Assembly: GCA_903937385.1 (NCBI GenBank)
Contig: CAIZZF010000019.1
Span: forward strand, 20,993-84,992
Direction: 5' to 3'
Length of the DNA stretch: 64,000 bases
DNA from: an uncultured Holophagaceae bacterium
Lineage (GTDB): Bacteria > Acidobacteriota > Holophagae > Holophagales > Holophagaceae
Shown in pieces: positions 24,952 through 39,556 of the stretch. Made by a program: the position numbers and the translations under genes. The stretch's first letter is position 1; each line of letters begins with the position of its first letter. The notes under the pieces were generated by a model. It ran no database searches. It was not told the DNA's origin and saw only the letters and a list, made by a program, of their open reading frames with translations.

Positions 24952-26318
24952 CCTGGGCGCCGCTGCTCCGCCTGAAGGAGGCCCTGGGCCCCGGCGCGGA
25001 ACTGGCGGTGGTGGGCGGCGCGGTGCGCGATGAGCTGCTGGGCCGGCCGCATGCGGACTGGGACCTGGCCACGCGGCTGCTGCCCGAGGTGGTGATGGCG
25101 AAAGCCCGGGCCGCGGGCCTGAAGGTCATTCCCACGGGCCTGCAGCACGGCACCGTGACGGTGCTCCTGGAGGGCCGGCCCGTGGAGGTGACCACCTTCC
25201 GCAGCGACGGCGACTACCGGGATGGACGGCACCCGGATTCCGTCAAGCTGGGCGTGGACCTGCACGAGGACCTCTCCCGCCGGGACTTCACCATCAACGC
25301 CATGGCCCTGCCCGTGGGCGGCGGCGACCTGGTGGATCCCTTCGGCGGCCAAGCCGACCTGACCCTCCGCCTGATCCGCGCCGTGGGCGATCCGCTCCAG
25401 CGGTTTGGCGAGGACGGTCTGCGCACCCTGCGCGCCTGCCGCTTCGCCGCCCAGCTGGGCTTCGAGGTGGAGGCCGCCACCCTGGCGGCCATTCTCCAGC
25501 GCCTGGAGGTGGCCCGCAAGGTCTCGGTGGAGCGGGTCTTCACGGAGCTCGACAAGCTGCTGCGCGGCGCTGAGCCTGCCAAGGGCCTGAACCTGCTGGT
25601 CGAGAGTGGTCTGCTGGACCTCTTCCTGCCTGAGCTGCGGCCCCTGCTAGGCTGCGGCCAGAACCGGCACCACCGGTACGACGTCTGGGTGCATACCCTG
25701 GAGGTGGTAGGTCTGACGCCTGCCGAGCCGGGCCTCCGCTGGGCGGCGCTGCTGCACGACCTGGGCAAGCCGGATACCCGCTCCACGGGGCCCGATGGCC
25801 AAGTCCACTTCTACGGTCACGAGGCGCGGTCGCTGGAGCTGGGTGAGGCCATCCTTGCACGACTCAAGGCCAGCCATGCCCTGCGCCAGGAGGTGGCCGC
25901 CCTCATCCGCCACCACGGGACCCATCCCTCGGCGGCCTGGGGCGACGCCGCCTGCCGCCGCTTCCTGCGGCACCTCCAGGAGGATGGCTTGCCGCTGGCG
26001 CAGTGGGGCGCCTTGCGCCGGGCGGACAACCTGGGGAAGGGGCTCGAGGCCGAGCGCTGCGAAGACGAGCACCAGGCCCTGCTGGCGCGCCTGGAGGCCC
26101 TGGCCGCCGCCGCGCCGCCCTTGTCCGTGCGGGCCCTGGCCCTGGATGGCGCCGCCCTGATGCAGCTGGCCGGACGGCGCGGAGGCCCCTGGCTGGGGAA
26201 CCTCCAGCGCCACCTCCTCGAGGCCGTCCTGGATGACCCCGAAGCCAACACCCCCGAGCGGATCGCGGAGCTAGTCGTGGCGTATCTCGCCGGAGAATCT
26301 GAGAAAAGCGGTAGGTAA
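24948..26318 (+). CDS. cca: CCA tRNA nucleotidyltransferase / poly(A) polymerase family with HD domain
   Basis: VGGAVRDELLG..DWDLAT, RRDFTINAMA, EDGLRTLRACRF, LLHDLGKP. Confidence 0.9.
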   Translation: MTWAPLLRLKEALGPGAELAVVGGAVRDELLGRPHADWDLATRLLPEVVMAKARAAGLKVIPTGLQHGTVTVLLEGRPVEVTTFRSDGDYRDGRHPDSVKLGVDLHEDLSRRDFTINAMALPVGGGDLVDPFGGQADLTLRLIRAVGDPLQRFGEDGLRTLRACRFAAQLGFEVEAATLAAILQRLEVARKVSVERVFTELDKLLRGAEPAKGLNLLVESGLLDLFLPELRPLLGCGQNRHHRYDVWVHTLEVVGLTPAEPGLRWAALLHDLGKPDTRSTGPDGQVHFYGHEARSLELGEAILARLKASHALRQEVAALIRHHGTHPSAAWGDAACRRFLRHLQEDGLPLAQWGALRRADNLGKGLEAERCEDEHQALLARLEALAAAAPPLSVRALALDGAALMQLAGRRGGPWLGNLQRHLLEAVLDDPEANTPERIAELVVAYLAGESEKSGR

Positions 26319-26368
26319 GCGGAGGACTGCCGCCGCGTTCAAAAGCCCATTCGTTTGCAGCTCTCAAC

Positions 26369-26402
26369 AAGAAAACGCCCGGCGGCTGCCGGGCGTTTTC
26401 TT
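26369..26402. terminator. Bidirectional intrinsic terminator
   Basis: aagaaaacgcccggc-ggct-gccgggcgttttctt between convergent genes. Confidence 0.85.
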
Positions 26403-26416
26403 GGGTGCGTGATCGC

Positions 26417-27202
26417 TCAGCCGGCGCCGCCGCCAACAACAGCGGGACGGTAGGTGAGGCTGGCCTTGAGGAAGTCGCGGTTCATGCGGGCGATGTTTTC
26501 CATCTTGATGCCCTTGGGGCAGGCGATCTCGCACTCGCCGTGGTTGGTGCAGGTGCCGAACTCCTCGGCGTCCATCTGGGCGATCATGTCGCGGACACGG
26601 CTGTAGCGCTCGGGCTGGCCCTGGGGCAGCTGGCCCAGGTGATTGATCTTCGCGGAGACGAAGAGCATGGCGCTGGCGTTGGGGCAGGCGGCCACGCAGG
26701 CGCCGCAGCCGATGCAGGCGGCGGCATCCATGGCGAGCTCAGCATTCTCCTTGGGGATCGGCAGGGCGTTGGCGTCCTGGGGGGAGCCCGTGGGCACGCT
26801 GATGAAGCCGCCGGCCGCGATGATGCGGTCGAAGGCGGTCCGGTCCACCATCAGATCCCTCAGCACGGGGAAGGCTTCCGCGCGCCAGGGCTCGAGGGTG
26901 ATGCTCTCGCCGTCCTGGAAGCTGCGCATGTGCAGCTGGCAGGTGGTAGTGCGCTCCTTGGGGCCGTGGGGGCGGCCGTTGATGACCATGCTGCAGGTGC
27001 CGCAGATGCCTTCGCGACAGTCGTGGTCGAAGGTGATGGGGTCCTCGCCCTTGCGGATGAGGCCTTCGTTGACGACGTCCAGCATCTCCAGGAAGGACAT
27101 GTCAGGACTGACGTTCTCGGCGGGATACTCCACGAACTTGCCATCGCAGCTCGTGTTCTTCTGACGCCATACGTGGAGGGTGAGATTGAGGTGCTTCGAC
27201 AT
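26417..27202 (-). CDS. sdhB: Succinate dehydrogenase/fumarate reductase Fe-S subunit
   Basis: [33 protein letters not shown]. Confidence 0.95.
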   Translation of the reverse strand: MSKHLNLTLHVWRQKNTSCDGKFVEYPAENVSPDMSFLEMLDVVNEGLIRKGEDPITFDHDCREGICGTCSMVINGRPHGPKERTTTCQLHMRSFQDGESITLEPWRAEAFPVLRDLMVDRTAFDRIIAAGGFISVPTGSPQDANALPIPKENAELAMDAAACIGCGACVAACPNASAMLFVSAKINHLGQLPQGQPERYSRVRDMIAQMDAEEFGTCTNHGECEIACPKGIKMENIARMNRDFLKASLTYRPAVVGGGAG

Positions 27203-27213
27203 GGCTCAGTTCC

Positions 27214-29133
27214 TCACTTGTAGTTGCGAGTGGCAAGGTGGAGGCTCTCGAAGGCGAGCTGCTCGGTGTGTCGGACCGGTGCGCTCCCTTCACCCTTGTA
27301 TTCCCATGCGGCGACGTGGCAGAAGCTCTCGTCATCGCGCATGGCCTCTCCCTCGCCCGTCTGCCACTCTTCGCGGAAGTGGGCGCCACAGGACTCCCGG
27401 CGGTTGAGGGCGTCGAGACAGAGCAGCTCGCCCAGCTCCAGGAAGTCCGCGACGCGGCCCGCCATCTCGAGGGACTGGTTGACCTCCTCGCCGGTACCGG
27501 GAATGCACAGGTTGTTCCAGAACTCCTCGCGGATCTGCGGGATCAGCTCCAAGGCCTTCTTGAGGCCGGCCTCATTGCGGCCCATGCCGGAGTATTCCCA
27601 CATGACCTTGCCCAGCTCCCGGTGGAAGTGGTCCGGCGTCTGCTTGCCCTTGATGGCGAAGAGGCGGCTGATCTGGTCGGACACGGTCTGTTCCGTGGCC
27701 TTGACGGCCGGGTCGTCCACCTTGATGCGGCTGCCGGGCTTGATGCCGGCCAGGTAGCCCCCGATGGTGTAGGGAATCACGAAATAGCCGTCGGCCAGAC
27801 CCTGCATGAGGGCGGAGGCCCCCAGGCGGTTGGCGCCGTGATCTGAGAAGTTGGCCTCACCCAGCACGAAGAGGCCGGGGATGGTGCTCTGCAGGTTGTA
27901 GTCCACCCACAGGCCGCCCATGGTGTAGTGCGAAGCGGGGTAGATGCGCATGGGCGTCTTGTAGGGATTCTCATCGGTGATGCGCTCATACATCTCAAAG
28001 AGGTTTCCGTAGCGCTCTTCGATCTTGGGCTGCCCAAGGCGCTTGATGGAGTCATCAAAGTCGAGGTAGACGCCCCGGCCCGTGGCGCCGATGCCACGGC
28101 CCTCGTCGCAGGCCTGCTTGGCGGCGCGGCTGGAGATGTCGCGGGGGGCCAGGTTGCCGAAGGAGGGGTACTTCCGCTCCAGGTAGTAGTCGCGGTCGTC
28201 CTCGGGGATCTGGCTGGCGGGCTTGCCGCAGTCCTCCTTGCGCTTCGGTACCCAGATGCGGCCGTCGTTGCGCAGGGACTCGGACATCAGCGTGAGCTTG
28301 CTCTGGTGGTCGCCGGTGACCGGGATGCAGGTGGGGTGGATCTGCGTGAAGCAGGGGTTGGCGAAGGCTGCGCCCTTCTTGTAGGCGCGCCAGATGGCGG
28401 TGCCGTTGCAGCCCTTGGCGTTGGTGGACAGGTAGAAGACGTTGCCGTAGCCGCCGGTGGCCAGGCAGACCGCATCGGCCACGTGGGATTCAATCTTCCC
28501 CGTCACCATGTTGCGGGTCACGATGCCCTTGGCCACGCCGTCCACCACGATGACTTCCAGCATCTCGTGCCGGGAGAACATCTTGACGGCGCCCAGGCCG
28601 ATCTGCCGCTCCAGGGCCTGGTAGGCACCCAGCAGCAGCTGCTGGCCGGTCTGCCCGCGGGCGTAGAAGGTGCGGCTCACCTGGGCCCCGCCGAAGGAGC
28701 GGTTGTCGAGCAGGCCGCCGTACTCGCGGGCGAAGGGCACGCCCTGACCCACGCACTGATCGATGATGTTGTTGCTGACCTCGGCCAGGCGGTGCACGTT
28801 GGCCTCGCGGGCGCGGAAGTCGCCGCCCTTGACCGTGTCATAGAAGAGGCGGCGGACGCTGTCGCCGTCGCCGTGGTAGTTCTTGGCGCCGTTGATGCCA
28901 CCCTGGGCGGCGATGGAGTGGGCGCGGCGCGGGCTGTCCTGGTAGCAGTAGCACTCGACCTCATAGCCAAGCTCGGCCAGGGAGGCCGCGGCGGCGCCGC
29001 CGGCCAGGCCGGAGCCCACGACGATCACCTTGTACTTGCGCTTGTTGGCCGGGTTCACGAGCTTGAGGTCAAACTTGTGCTTGTCCCACTTCTTCTCGAT
29101 CGGGCCGTCTGGGATTTGGGATTTGAGTTCCAT
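27214..29133 (-). CDS. sdhA: Succinate dehydrogenase/fumarate reductase flavoprotein
   Basis: [43 protein letters not shown]; start MELKSQ at 29133. Confidence 0.95.
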   Translation of the reverse strand: MELKSQIPDGPIEKKWDKHKFDLKLVNPANKRKYKVIVVGSGLAGGAAAASLAELGYEVECYCYQDSPRRAHSIAAQGGINGAKNYHGDGDSVRRLFYDTVKGGDFRAREANVHRLAEVSNNIIDQCVGQGVPFAREYGGLLDNRSFGGAQVSRTFYARGQTGQQLLLGAYQALERQIGLGAVKMFSRHEMLEVIVVDGVAKGIVTRNMVTGKIESHVADAVCLATGGYGNVFYLSTNAKGCNGTAIWRAYKKGAAFANPCFTQIHPTCIPVTGDHQSKLTLMSESLRNDGRIWVPKRKEDCGKPASQIPEDDRDYYLERKYPSFGNLAPRDISSRAAKQACDEGRGIGATGRGVYLDFDDSIKRLGQPKIEERYGNLFEMYERITDENPYKTPMRIYPASHYTMGGLWVDYNLQSTIPGLFVLGEANFSDHGANRLGASALMQGLADGYFVIPYTIGGYLAGIKPGSRIKVDDPAVKATEQTVSDQISRLFAIKGKQTPDHFHRELGKVMWEYSGMGRNEAGLKKALELIPQIREEFWNNLCIPGTGEEVNQSLEMAGRVADFLELGELLCLDALNRRESCGAHFREEWQTGEGEAMRDDESFCHVAAWEYKGEGSAPVRHTEQLAFESLHLATRNYK

Positions 29134-29149
29134 GGTTGGCTCCCTGGGA

Positions 29150-29860
29150 TCAGTGAATGAAGCCGGTGATGACGGCGACGGGATACGAGATGTTGACGCC
29201 GACCACCAGGAGCGTGAGGCCCGTGGCGAAGTTCCGGCGGAGGCCCTCGTAGCGGGGGTGGGACAGGCCCAGGGTCTGGGTGAAGCTCCACACGCCATGC
29301 CACATGTGCAGACCCAGGCAGAGCTGGGCCACGATGTAGAAGGCGGCCACAGCGGGGACCTTGAAGCCGCTCACGAAGTTGTCGTAGGCGAAGTATTCGT
29401 GGCCCTGGGGGGCCTTGAAGGCGGGGTGCAACTGGCCGGTAGTCAGGTGCAGCAGGTGGAAGACGATGAAGACGGCCAGGATGACGCCGCTCCAGCGCAT
29501 GGTGCGGGAGGCCCATGTGGAGGCGACGCTCTGCTGGGCCCGGTAGCCCACGGGGCGGGCCGCCAGGTTGTCCAGGGTGAGGGTGGTGGCGGACCAGACG
29601 TGGAGGCCCGTGGCCGTCAGCAGGACCGCGCGGAAGATCCAGATGCCACCGCCGTGCAGCATGCCGTGCAGGAACTCGGCATAGGCGTTCAGGGACTTGG
29701 CGCCCATGTAGGCCTGGGTGTTCCCGATCATGTGGACCGTGACGAACCCGAAGAGGACGATGCCGGAGGCGGCCATGACGATCTTGCGGCCGACCGACGA
29801 GGCCAGGAAACCGTGGCCGCGTGCTTCCGCGCCCGCGATGCTCTGCTCAGCAACAGACAT
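29150..29860 (-). CDS. sdhC: Succinate dehydrogenase cytochrome b subunit
   Basis: [29 protein letters not shown] haem-ligand His pattern. Confidence 0.93.
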   Translation of the reverse strand: MSVAEQSIAGAEARGHGFLASSVGRKIVMAASGIVLFGFVTVHMIGNTQAYMGAKSLNAYAEFLHGMLHGGGIWIFRAVLLTATGLHVWSATTLTLDNLAARPVGYRAQQSVASTWASRTMRWSGVILAVFIVFHLLHLTTGQLHPAFKAPQGHEYFAYDNFVSGFKVPAVAAFYIVAQLCLGLHMWHGVWSFTQTLGLSHPRYEGLRRNFATGLTLLVVGVNISYPVAVITGFIH

Positions 29861-30244
29861 AGATGGACTCCTTGAAAAGAACGAATGAGTGGCACAGGGG
29901 TCCCGAGGGGGAGGGACCGGGTTCATAGAGCGGGGCCATATATGACCTGATTATCTTCCTGGGGGAAGGGAATCCCAAGCCCTAGGTGGCGGACCCCGGT
30001 CACAGTGTGTCCAGCCCCTCTCGGGAGGGGGCTGCCAGTGTTGTGTCTCCCAAGACCCGGCCTTGCGCGGGAAGGCCTTTTCACGCTAAAGTCGCCTCAG
30101 AGCCATGCTTGATCTTTGGTGGAAATCCCCTGCGCGGGCCTCCTGCGCTGTGCACGCAGACCGCCTGGAATCCTGAGACTGCTTCCCCATCATCTTCTAC
30201 CCCCCTGAGTCCCCCTTTTTTTGGAACCATCCGGAGGAAAAACC

Positions 30245-32701
<2,457 letters not shown>

Positions 32702-32731
32702 ACTTCTCGCGATCAAGTGCTTTACGACTGC

Positions 32732-32757
32732 AAGAGGGGCCCTTCGGGGCCCTTCTT
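32732..32757 (+). terminator. Intrinsic terminator after hppA
   Basis: aagaggggccc-ttcg-gggcccttctt. Confidence 0.65.
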
Positions 32758-32788
32758 CGTGTGCTACCTTGGGTGCCGCGAGGTCCCC

Positions 32789-34915
32789 ATGCTGCATCGT
32801 TTCTTTTCCGTCTCAGCCGCCCTTCTTGCCTGCGTGAGTCTCATGGCCACCGATCCTGCCCCCCCTCCTCCTGTCGCTCCTCAGCGTCCCCATGTGAGCT
32901 TGTGGCACGGCGAGCAGGTGAACGATCCCTGGTTCTGGCTCCGGGAGAAGAGCAGCCCCGAGGTGGTGGCCTACCTCAACGCGGAGAACGCCTACACCGA
33001 GGCCCTGACCAAGGACCTCAAGCCCTTCTCCGAAGCGCTCTACAAGGAGATGCTGGGGCGCATCAAGCAGACGGACCTGAGCGTCCCGGTCCGGCGCGGC
33101 GCCTACTTCTACTACTCGCGCACCGAGGAGGGGAAGCAGTATCCTATCCAGTGCCGCCGGAAGGCCGCCAAGAACGGCGCCGACGACCCCAAGGCCGCCG
33201 AGGAGCTCCTGCTGGATCAGAACGAGCTGGCCAAGGGCCTGAAGTTCCTGAGCCTCGGCGGGATGGCGGTCAGCGATGACGACCGCACCCTGCTCTACAG
33301 CACTGATGACACCGGCTTCCGCCAGTACCGCCTCTTCACCAAGGACCTGGCCACGGGCAAGGTGAGCGCCCCCCTGGCGGAGCGCGTGACCTCCTTCTCC
33401 TGGGCTGCGGATGCTCGGCACGTCTTCTTCGTCACCGAGGATGACCTCACCAAGCGCTCGAATCAGCTCTGGCGCCTGGATCTCAAGGCCGGCAAGCCCG
33501 TTTTGGTCTTTGAGGAGAAGGATGAGCTCTACCGGATGAGCCTCGGGCGCACCCGGGACCGCCAGTACCTGCAGGTGGAGGTCCAGTCCACGGACACCTG
33601 GGAGTCGCGCTACCTCGCGGCCGCCAAGCCCCTCGGTGCCTTCAAGGTGCTGCTGCCCCGGCAGAAGGGCCACAAGTATGACTTCGACCACCGCGCCGGC
33701 ACCTTCTACATCCGCACCAACCGCGACGCCAAGAACTTCCGTCTGGTCACCACCCCCGCGGCGACGCCGGATCCCTCCCACTGGAAGCCCTTCGTGGCGC
33801 ATCGCCCAGACGTGCTGATCGAAGGGGTCGATCTCTTCCGCGACTTCCTGGTGGTGGTGCAGCAGCGCGAGGGCCTGGCCCAGTTCCGCATCCAGGACCT
33901 CAAGACGGGCAAGTGGCGCGACGTGGCCTTCCCCGAGGCTGTCTACGCGGCCTTCCCCGGCGGGACGCCCGAATACACCTCCAAGGCCTATCGCCTGAAC
34001 TACCAGTCCCTGGTGACCCCTCAGAGCATCTACGACTGTGACCTGGCCACGGGCAAACAGACGCTGCTGAAGGAGACTGAGGTCCTGGGCGGCTACGACA
34101 GGTCCCATTACACCACCGAGCGCCTCTGGGCCACGGCCCGGGACGGCGTGAAGGTGCCGCTCTCGGTGGTCTACCGCAAGGGCGTCAAGCGCGATGGCAG
34201 TGCACCGCTCTTCCTCTACGCCTATGGCTCCTACGGCTACGGGACGCCCGCCGCCTTCTCCAGCACCCGCCTGAGCCTGCTGGACCGCGGCATGGTCTAC
34301 GCCATCGCCCACATCCGCGGCGGCAACGAGCTGGGCGAGGCCTGGCACGACGACGGCATGCTCCTGAAGAAGATGAACACCTTCACGGACTTCATCGACG
34401 CTGCGGAGTTCCTGGTGAAGGAGCAGTGGACTGCCAAGGACCGCCTCGTCATCGAGGGCGGCAGCGCCGGGGGCCTGCTCATGGGTGCCGTCACGAACCT
34501 GCGCCCGGACCTCTTCAAGGCCGTGCACAGCGCCGTGCCCTTCGTGGACGTCCTGAACACCATGATGGACGCCAGCCTGCCGCTCACGGTGGGCGAGTAC
34601 CTGGAGTGGGGCAACCCCAACGAGAAGCCCGCCTTCGACGCCATGCGGGCCTACAGCCCCTACGACAACCTGGCGAAGAAGGCCTACCCGGCCATCCTGG
34701 TCACCAGCAGCTTCAACGACAGCCAGGTGATGTACTGGGAGCCCGCGAAATACGTGGCGAAGCTGCGCACCCTCAAGGCCGACGCGACTCCCCTGCTGCT
34801 GAAGATGAAGATGGAGCCCGCCGGGCACGGCGGCGCCTCCGGCCGCTACGACGCTCTCAGGGACAAAGCCTTCGAGACCGCCTGGATGCTCCAGCAGGTT
34901 GGCATTACCAAGTAG
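32789..34915 (+). CDS. ptrB: Oligopeptidase B / S9A prolyl oligopeptidase, exported
   Basis: Signal peptide; DPWFWLR; GGSAGG (Ser), NDSQV (Asp) and AGHGG (His). Confidence 0.92.
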   Translation: MLHRFFSVSAALLACVSLMATDPAPPPPVAPQRPHVSLWHGEQVNDPWFWLREKSSPEVVAYLNAENAYTEALTKDLKPFSEALYKEMLGRIKQTDLSVPVRRGAYFYYSRTEEGKQYPIQCRRKAAKNGADDPKAAEELLLDQNELAKGLKFLSLGGMAVSDDDRTLLYSTDDTGFRQYRLFTKDLATGKVSAPLAERVTSFSWAADARHVFFVTEDDLTKRSNQLWRLDLKAGKPVLVFEEKDELYRMSLGRTRDRQYLQVEVQSTDTWESRYLAAAKPLGAFKVLLPRQKGHKYDFDHRAGTFYIRTNRDAKNFRLVTTPAATPDPSHWKPFVAHRPDVLIEGVDLFRDFLVVVQQREGLAQFRIQDLKTGKWRDVAFPEAVYAAFPGGTPEYTSKAYRLNYQSLVTPQSIYDCDLATGKQTLLKETEVLGGYDRSHYTTERLWATARDGVKVPLSVVYRKGVKRDGSAPLFLYAYGSYGYGTPAAFSSTRLSLLDRGMVYAIAHIRGGNELGEAWHDDGMLLKKMNTFTDFIDAAEFLVKEQWTAKDRLVIEGGSAGGLLMGAVTNLRPDLFKAVHSAVPFVDVLNTMMDASLPLTVGEYLEWGNPNEKPAFDAMRAYSPYDNLAKKAYPAILVTSSFNDSQVMYWEPAKYVAKLRTLKADATPLLLKMKMEPAGHGGASGRYDALRDKAFETAWMLQQVGITK

Positions 34916-34974
34916 CCGTTCTCAGCTCCAAAAGGGCGCGAAGGCGCCCTTTTGGAGATAGAAAAGGAGAAAAG

Positions 34975-35403
34975 ATGGTGCAACCCATTCCCGCTGGCTA
35001 CCACACGGTCACGCCCTATCTGGTCGTAGTCAATGCTCTGGCCTTCGTGGCCTTTGTGGAGAAGGCCTTCGGCGCCGTGGAGCGGAGCCGGGTCCTTCGT
35101 CCGGACGGGACCATCGCCCATGCGGAGGTGCAGATCGGCGACTCCAGGGTCCGGGTGGCCCAGGCGAAGGAACCCTGGACGCCTATGCCCACGGGGCTGT
35201 ACCTCTATGTGCCGGATACCGACGCCACCTACGAGGCGGCGCTGGAGGCCGGGGGCCTGAGCCTCCTGGAGCCCGCTGACCAGTTCTACGGTGACCGCAA
35301 CGCCGGGGTGCAGGATCCCTGGGGCAACAACTGGTGGATCGCCACCCATGTCGAGGATGTGGACGCGGCCGAGATCCAGCGCCGACTGACAGCCCGGGGT
35401 TGA
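34975..35403 (+). CDS. VOC/glyoxalase (PhnB-like) family protein
   Basis: PAGYHTVTPYL, HAEVQIGDS, DQFYGDR..GVQDPWGNNWWIATH. Confidence 0.9.
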   Translation: MVQPIPAGYHTVTPYLVVVNALAFVAFVEKAFGAVERSRVLRPDGTIAHAEVQIGDSRVRVAQAKEPWTPMPTGLYLYVPDTDATYEAALEAGGLSLLEPADQFYGDRNAGVQDPWGNNWWIATHVEDVDAAEIQRRLTARG

Positions 35404-35473
35404 GTCTTGGGGCTACAACCCTGACAATGGAATAGCGCGGCCTCAGCCGCGCCTTTCTTGTCTATGGAACCCC

Positions 35474-37042
35474 ATGTCCCTTGTTGAAGAAATCCAGCGC
35501 CGGCGCACCTTTGCCATCATCAGCCACCCCGACGCCGGCAAGACCACGCTGACCGAGAAGCTGCTGCTCTACGGCGGGGCCATCGACCGGGCCGGTTCCG
35601 TGAAGGCCCGGGAGGGCGGCGCGGCGGCCCACTCGGACTGGATGACCATCGAGCAGGAGCGCGGCATCAGCGTCACCTCCGCCGCCATGCAGTTCGAATA
35701 CCTGGGCAAGGCCATCAACCTGCTGGACACCCCGGGCCACCAGGACTTCAGCGAGGACACCTACCGGGCCCTCACGGCCGCGGACGCGGTGGTGATGCTG
35801 CTGGACTGCGCCAAGGGCGTGGAAGAGCAGACCAAGAAGTTGTTCCGGGTGGCCAGCGAGCGGAAGCTCCCCATCTTCACCTTCGTGAACAAGCTGGACC
35901 GGCCGGGCCGCGATCCCATCGAGCTCATCGACGAGGTGGAGGAGCTGTTCGGCCTCCACGCGGTGCCCATGACCTGGCCCATCGGCTCCGGCACGGACTT
36001 CAAGGGTGTCTATGTCCGCGCCACGGGCCAGATCCAGGTCTTCGAGCGCATGAAGGCCGGGCGGAAGGCCCGGGTGGCGGGGCAGGGCGGCCTGGATGAT
36101 CCGGAGATCGCGGCGCTGCTGACCCCCGCGGAGCTGCAGCAGCTCAAGGATGACGTGGATCTCATGGTCCACGTGCTGCCGCCCTTCGACCGCGAGGCCT
36201 TCCTGCGGGGCGAGCAGTCCCCCATGTTCTTCGGCTCGGCCGTGAACAACTTCGGCGTGGCGGAGTTCCTGGAGGAGTTCCTGGCGCTGGCGCCCTCGCC
36301 GGGGCCGCGGCCCCTCATGAACGGCGGCATGGTGGACCCCGAGCAACCCTTCACGGCCTTCGTGTTCAAGGTGCAGGCCAACATGAACAAGGCCCACCGG
36401 GACCGCGTGGCCTTCGCCCGCATCGTGTCGGGCCGCTTCCAGCGGGGCATGGACGCTCTCCACGTGCGGGAGAAGAAGTCCATCAAGCTGAACTACCCCC
36501 ACATGTTCTTCGGCCGTGAGCGGCAGATCGTGGATGAGGCCTACCCGGGCGACATCCTGGGCCTTATCAACCCCGGGCTGTTCCGCATCGGCGATGTGCT
36601 GAGCTCCGCGGGTCCCCTGGAGTTCCACGCGGTCCCGCGCTTCTCACCCGAGCAGTTCGTGTCCGTGCGCCTGGCGGACCCCGGCGCTCGCAAGGGCTTC
36701 CTCAAGGGCCTGTCCCAGATCGCTGAGGAGGGCGTGGTGCAGGTCTTCTGGCCCAAGGGGGGCGCGCCGCTGCCCATTCTCGGCGCCATCGGCCGCCTGC
36801 AGTTCGAGGTGCTGCAGCACCGCCTCAAAGAGGAATACGCCTGTCCCGTGCTGCTGGAGCCCCGGGGCTTCCAGATGGCCCGCTGGCTGCAGGGCGGCTG
36901 GCCCGAGCCCAGCCGCTACTGGGGCGAGCTGGTGGAGGACGTCGAGGGCAACCCCGCCATCCTCTTCGAGAACGACTGGCAGCGCCGCACCACCGCCGAG
37001 AAGTGCCCAGGGCTGACGTTCCTGGAACATCCGGCGAAGTAG
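35474..37042 (+). CDS. prfC: Peptide chain release factor 3
   Basis: RRRTFAIISHPDAGKTT, DTPGHQDFSEDTYR, NKLD. Confidence 0.96.
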   Translation: MSLVEEIQRRRTFAIISHPDAGKTTLTEKLLLYGGAIDRAGSVKAREGGAAAHSDWMTIEQERGISVTSAAMQFEYLGKAINLLDTPGHQDFSEDTYRALTAADAVVMLLDCAKGVEEQTKKLFRVASERKLPIFTFVNKLDRPGRDPIELIDEVEELFGLHAVPMTWPIGSGTDFKGVYVRATGQIQVFERMKAGRKARVAGQGGLDDPEIAALLTPAELQQLKDDVDLMVHVLPPFDREAFLRGEQSPMFFGSAVNNFGVAEFLEEFLALAPSPGPRPLMNGGMVDPEQPFTAFVFKVQANMNKAHRDRVAFARIVSGRFQRGMDALHVREKKSIKLNYPHMFFGRERQIVDEAYPGDILGLINPGLFRIGDVLSSAGPLEFHAVPRFSPEQFVSVRLADPGARKGFLKGLSQIAEEGVVQVFWPKGGAPLPILGAIGRLQFEVLQHRLKEEYACPVLLEPRGFQMARWLQGGWPEPSRYWGELVEDVEGNPAILFENDWQRRTTAEKCPGLTFLEHPAK

Positions 37043-37140
37043 GCGGGGGCTCGGAAGGCTGCGCCTTCCGAGATAAAAAAAACGGCGCGAATGCGCCGTT
37101 TTCTAGCCCGGAATGCGCAGCATTCCGGGCAGCCCGGTCC

Positions 37141-38166
<1,026 letters not shown>

Positions 38167-38246
38167 GAGTGCTCCTGGGCATGAAACCCCAGCCTAGCGA
38201 TTCCGGGCCCGCTATGCAATTAAGGTTCCCTGCGAGACAGAATGCG

Positions 38247-38366
38247 GAACCGCAGATGACACCGATGAACACTAAAAAAGGCATGATAAAAACCAATACG
38301 GAAATCTTTTCAGCTCTTTCTTTATCAGCTTTTAATCGGTGTTCATCGGTGTTCATCGGTGGTTAA
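38247..38366. repeat. Dispersed palindromic element, family A copy
   Basis: gaaccgcagatgacaccgatgaacac ... atcggtgttcatcggtgttcatcggtggtt; spacer matches the 15094 copy. Confidence 0.85.
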
Positions 38367-38442
38367 AAAATCTTTTTGGTGGAGCTGGAGATCAGCCTGG
38401 TTGGCCACCGAATGGGAAAGATGAAAAGGGCAAAATCTTTTT

Positions 38443-38564
38443 TTAAACCACCGATGAACACCGATAAACACCGATAAACACCGATAAAAACATGATAAAA
38501 CAACTGACAAAATCTTATATATGTCTTTTATTATCATATTTTAATCGATATTCATCGATGATAA
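38443..38564. repeat. Dispersed palindromic element, family A copy (degenerate right arm)
   Basis: ccaccgatgaaca followed by ccgataaaca 10-mers; right arm atcgatattcatcgatg. Confidence 0.8.
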
Positions 38565-38590
38565 ATAAGCACTCACTCTGCTCTTTGCGG

Positions 38591-39511
38591 CTAGGCCTTG
38601 GCGTAGATATCCATGACCGCGTGCAGGAGCTCGATGGCTTCGGCCTTGGGGCGCTGGAAGGCATTGCGGCCCATGATGGAGCCGAAGGCGCCGCCGGCGG
38701 CGATCTGGGTCACTTCCTGGAGCACGGCCTCGGTGCTCTTGGCCTCGCCACCGCTGAAGATCACGATGCGGCGGCCTCCGAAGGCGCTGCGCACCACTTC
38801 CTGGACCCGCTCAGCCAGGGTGCTGGTGGGGATGGCGTATTTCTCGAAGACCTTCTTGGCCTCGCCCTGCTCCAGGTGAGCCGTGGGCGGCTTCACCTTG
38901 ATGACGTGGGCGCCCAGCTGGGCGGCGATCTGGGCGGCGTAGCCCGCCACGTCCACGGCGGTCTCGCCCTCTTTGGAGAGGCCGGTGCCACGGGGATAGG
39001 ACCAGACGATGCTGGGCAGGCCCACGGCCTTGGCCTCGAGGATCAGCTCGCGCAGGGCCTCGTACTGCTCATTGCGGGCACCGCTGCCGGGGTAGATGGT
39101 GTAGCCGATGGCCGCGCAACCCAGGCGCAGGGCATCCTCCACGCTGCCGGTGATGGCGCTGCAGGGCTCGATGCCCTTGGCGAGGCCGTCGCTGTTGTTG
39201 AGCTTGAGGATCAGGGGGAGGTCCCCAGCATAGTCGGAGGCCACAGCCTCGATGAAGCCGAGGGGCGCAGCGTAGGCGTTGCAACCGGCCTCGATGGCCA
39301 GCTCCACGTGGTAGCGGGGATCGTAGCCGCCGGGGTTGGGCGCGAAGCTGCGGGCGGGCCCGTGCTCGAAACCCTGATCGACGGGAAGGATGACGAACTT
39401 GCCGGTGCCGGCCAGGCGCCCCGTGTTCATGATGCGGGCCAGGTTGGCCTTCACGCCTGGATTCTCGGAGCTGTACCAGGACAGGATTTCACGAACCTTT
39501 GCGGTGGCCAT
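38591..39511 (-). CDS. fbaB: Class I fructose-bisphosphate aldolase (DhnA/FbaB type)
   Basis: LPVDQGFEHGP, VWSYPRG, AHVIKVK, FSGGEAK, GRNAFQR. Confidence 0.93.
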   Translation of the reverse strand: MATAKVREILSWYSSENPGVKANLARIMNTGRLAGTGKFVILPVDQGFEHGPARSFAPNPGGYDPRYHVELAIEAGCNAYAAPLGFIEAVASDYAGDLPLILKLNNSDGLAKGIEPCSAITGSVEDALRLGCAAIGYTIYPGSGARNEQYEALRELILEAKAVGLPSIVWSYPRGTGLSKEGETAVDVAGYAAQIAAQLGAHVIKVKPPTAHLEQGEAKKVFEKYAIPTSTLAERVQEVVRSAFGGRRIVIFSGGEAKSTEAVLQEVTQIAAGGAFGSIMGRNAFQRPKAEAIELLHAVMDIYAKA

Positions 39512-39556
39512 ATCAATCCTCCATCTTGGAAAGGGGGTGTTGCTGCCTGGAAGGGA

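Noticed and set aside
38443-38490. Tandem 10-mer repeats as a possible CRISPR array
   Set aside because: No unique spacers, units far too short, and no cas genes.
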